This document shows positions 22,363-25,274 of a stretch of 25,274 bases of DNA, one piece after another (positions within the stretch are counted from its first letter, which is position 1; every line of letters starts with the position of its first letter). Below the pieces are notes generated by a model. That model was not told the origin of the DNA and searched no databases. It was given only the letters and a program-made list of their open reading frames with translations. A program made the position numbers and the translations under genes. This DNA is from Macrostomum lignano (lineage: Eukaryota), in assembly GCA_002269645.1 (NCBI GenBank), contig NIVC01005132.1, forward strand, positions 1 through 25,274, read 5' to 3'.

Positions 22363-22738
22363 CTAAATAACGAGACTCCTGTTTTCTCTCGATTAAAGCT
22401 TTAACTTGTTTAACTCTGCGGGAGCAGATTAAGCTAATCACTCTGCTTTCAGTTTTTTCCTAGCGTTAAACTGTTTTTTTGTTATTTCGCATTTGCGTAC
22501 AAAGCAATTATAGTGAACAAATTGATAAAGGTACACTAAAGACTGTTGGGCATATTACAGCTTATTTCCTTCACTGTGGATGCTCCTCAACTGCAAGCAA
22601 ACTAGATTTCAGCGCATGCAGAAAAAATCGCCTTGAAATCACTAAACAGAGGAAATATCTTTTGCTAATACCACATTAGTGAAAAAAGAAACGAAACCCA
22701 TTGACTAAATTGGCAGTCGACTCAATCGATGCCGACTG
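22363..22738 (+). repeat. Deletion-riddled terminal copy of the monomer
   Basis: Monomer landmarks appear in order (ttaactct, cggg, agcagatt, tttttcctagc, gaacaaattgat, cagcttattt, ctgcaagcaaactag, ccttgaaatcactaaacaga). The last ~52 bp (22687-22738) are identical to the consensus. The marker C lies at 22647 rather than the expected 22845, a net loss of 198 bp. Confidence 0.85.
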
Positions 22739-22785
22739 GAGAGACTTGCGGCACCGATTCGATAGCTACTTCTTCTCATTCTCAG

Positions 22786-23003
22786 CGTTTGTATTCGTTT
22801 CGTCTTTACCATCATTATCGACCATTGTTTCGTCCAGCTGCCGTCTGTAGGCCACAGCAGATTCGTCCGTCGGCTGCGGCACGGAAGGCCCACAAACTCG
22901 GCAGCAGGCGCAGCGCTAGCTTTTTGCTTACCGCACACGATTTAGCAGGACAAAATTCTAAGCACCTGGACACTAAAATGAGTGCCTGGAGTTGGGTCTT
23001 GCG
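22786..23003 (+). other. Candidate exon immediately right of the array
   Basis: Strong acceptor tacttcttctcattctcag| (22785) and donor GCG|gtaagg (23004). The frame is open throughout (RLYSFRLYHH...SAWSWVLR). No protein family is recognised. Confidence 0.22.
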
Positions 23004-24800
23004 GTAAGGTTCTCTAAACTGGTATCTCACCCGTTGGTAGGAATTCCGACAGTAGATACTTAGAATCAGAATTGGAGCAGTACAAAAATCCGCGTGACAC
23101 AATGGTAGCAATTGTTAAAATAAAGATGATTACTACTGTGGCGACGAATAGAACCTAGCTGCAATCGATGCAAAGTACTAAACAGCAGTGTATTTGCCCT
23201 CTACGCAGTATTCGAAAACTCGATTAGAAATATGGCGGCTTGGAAAATAAGGCAAAGATAAAAAAAAAACTGCAGTATCTCAATCGTGGAGGCAGCGTTG
23301 AAAAAGTGGATGAGCAACGCCGCGTGCGGAACCCAGGTCACGCGACAAACGGCTTGGCCACCACAGAGACACGGCTGATGAGAGTGAGATCGAATACCCG
23401 GCTCAGGCCGCTGAAAAGTCGCAGCAACAGCAGCTGAATGCTGTTAAACCACACCGCCTCGCGTTTTCTGGCGAGACCAAACGTCGGCTTATGAGATCAG
23501 GTTCGCTAGCGCAAACAGGTTTAGGACCATTGCAAACCAAGCAGCGGTTGGGTCATTATATGTTTTAAGGTTGTCGTCGTTGAGAGAATCAAAGCTGCAG
23601 TTGTATCGCCTCGGTAAAATGCACATCAATGGTTTTGTTAGAGTGGCGTTTTGGCCGACTGTCAATGAGCCAAATCTAGTTGGACAGTCGAGCCTGACTC
23701 ACTGAGCAGCGCCAGTGACTGCGTAGAATAAAAGTACACGCTACGACCGTCCTGGCTCTAGGGACATGTTTATGGCGTACTGCTCAGCCGAGTATCATTA
23801 GAGAGGTACTCTTATTCGATCAAGTCAGTCTGTTAGACTTTTGTGTCGACACTAATGGTGCTACTCTAGTGATGCTTATTGTCCTCAATTCAAGCGAAAT
23901 AAACTGTAGGTGTACATGTAAAACACAATCTTAAATATTTGCCAATACACGTCGTTTCTTACTTTTAAGTCAGAATACTCCTCTGTGAGCCCGCGGCATG
24001 GTGCATATCAGACTTCAAATGCCATATTTGGCCTGTACGTGTGTGTTATACTGCTGCAGCTATATTAGTCCGATATCAGGCGGTCCATTATACGTACTTT
24101 TTACTAAAATTAGCTAGCAAAATTACTTTTAAGAGTAAATCAGAGTAATTTTTCGGGTCGTTTTTGCTTGCAGCATCATGATTGTCTTCCAAAACTTACA
24201 ACCTTTTGAATTCCACAAGTACAAGTACACGTGCATATTGTACATAATGGTGTGCTTTACGTGGTTTGAAGAACGTTAGCGATCGAACCGGGATTAGAAC
24301 TTACTCCGTAAAATCCGTAAAATAAAACTCCGGGCGATTAAACAGGTGCGCGTAACGGGTTTAATTCGTTTAAAATAGCAAAAACTTTGGTAATAACAGC
24401 AGAAAACGTAATGAAAATTGCAATTGTGAAAAAAAGTTTTTTAAAAGGTTTTATTTTTTTATGTTGACAAAAAACAATCCTTATTAGTTAGTATATCTGA
24501 CAACCCACGTGATTCTGTTTTTTAAATAATAGTTTTCTAAGAAACTTTAGGCAGGACTTCGGGTCATGAGAGTCGATACGTTAAAGCATCGTTTATCAAT
24601 ATATCAGTTTATTCCTTATGGCATTGTTTTGAACATTTGTACTTAAAGGTTATTTATTTATTTTCTCATACATATACATGCACATTATTGCTTCTCTTTA
24701 AGTATAGCTTTGTTGCTCAGATAATCTCTCGCCTTGTTGTGCTGGGCAGTGTCGAAATTATTAATTTATATTCTGATTAATTATTTAATAAGGCACTAAC

Positions 24801-24926
24801 CAGTTAGAGAGCAAATTTTAAGCCAAACCATTAATTTTTCCACAATGACTTCGACTAGCACTAATGCAAAAAAGCCATATTGCGACAGGATCTCAGCATT
24901 TTGGGACAATGAGAAGTCATCACCAT
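24801..24926 (-). other. Candidate 126-bp symmetric (phase 1-1) exon
   Basis: Minus strand: a branch-like cctaac precedes aacaacag|, the frame DGDDFSLSQNAEILSQYGFFALVLVEVIVEKLMVWLKICSLT is open, and a CTG|gttagt donor follows. The polypyrimidine tract is weak and no homolog is recognised. Confidence 0.22.
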
Positions 24927-25274
24927 CTGTTGTTCCAAGGTAGGTTAGGTAGGCCTTGCTTAAAATGTTACTATTTTTTATAATTTGCATTCACAATTTT
25001 TGGTTGGATTATAGCTTTTCTGGTGCCTGTCAATTGTAACTCAAGGACTACTTACTGCCCATTTGTATGTCAAAGTGTATAATTGATTTTTAATTTATAT
25101 TTTTTCAAATAGTTGCTTATTGTCTTATTCTAGTCATTGTTCATACCAAAAATCAAATAATTCTTTATAAATGGATTGGTTTTTGTTCTACATCATAATG
25201 GCAAAGAAATAATGTGATTTATTTTACAATGTAACTATTTTGTCAAATGCCATTTTCATACATACTAGGTTAAT

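Noticed and set aside
18076-22441. Track ORFs inside the array (18076, 18086, 19505, 20204, 20865, 22178) as genes
   Set aside because: They pass the length cutoff only because of unit-specific indels or the array end. Consensus units give only 38- and 51-codon frames here.
3874-22738. CRISPR-like array
   Set aside because: The units are wholly identical 662-mers with no unique spacers and no cas genes, and the context is eukaryotic.
23240-23437. 65-aa ORF, and a nearby TGTGGCG as a possible LTR start (about 23137)
   Set aside because: The ORF has a non-ATG start and no domain; no second LTR copy, PBS or TSD was found.
24119-24152. 9-bp inverted repeat aaaattact/agtaatttt
   Set aside because: It is short, AT-rich and expected by chance in this composition.
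24358-24366. GGTTTAATT, matching the start of nematode SL1
   Set aside because: Only 9 bases match; the rest of the leader and the donor site are absent.

Overview
Eukaryotic (metazoan-looking) repeat-rich DNA with no intact, recognisable gene. About 75% of the window (3874-22738) is a near-perfect tandem array of a 662-bp monomer: 27 full units, a partial 28th and a deletion-riddled terminal copy. A single T/C marker shows an apparent 9-monomer higher-order periodicity. The left flank holds decayed minus-strand retroelement pieces (Ty3/Gypsy gag-knuckle relic, aspartyl protease and RT N-terminus; a non-LTR-type RNase H fragment), a compound (TG)n(TGAG)n(TG)n microsatellite, and a dense cluster of a 9-bp motif T(G/A)TT(G/A)GG(A/C)C that also occurs three times per monomer. 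The array starts and ends on the same 505-bp sub-block (A), with a 157-bp block (B) found only between copies. Plus-strand splice-like signals run from the left flank into the array, so the monomer may be an amplified piece of a spliced gene or decayed DNA transposase; this is a hypothesis. The right flank is mostly AT-rich and non-coding, with two weak exon candidates.
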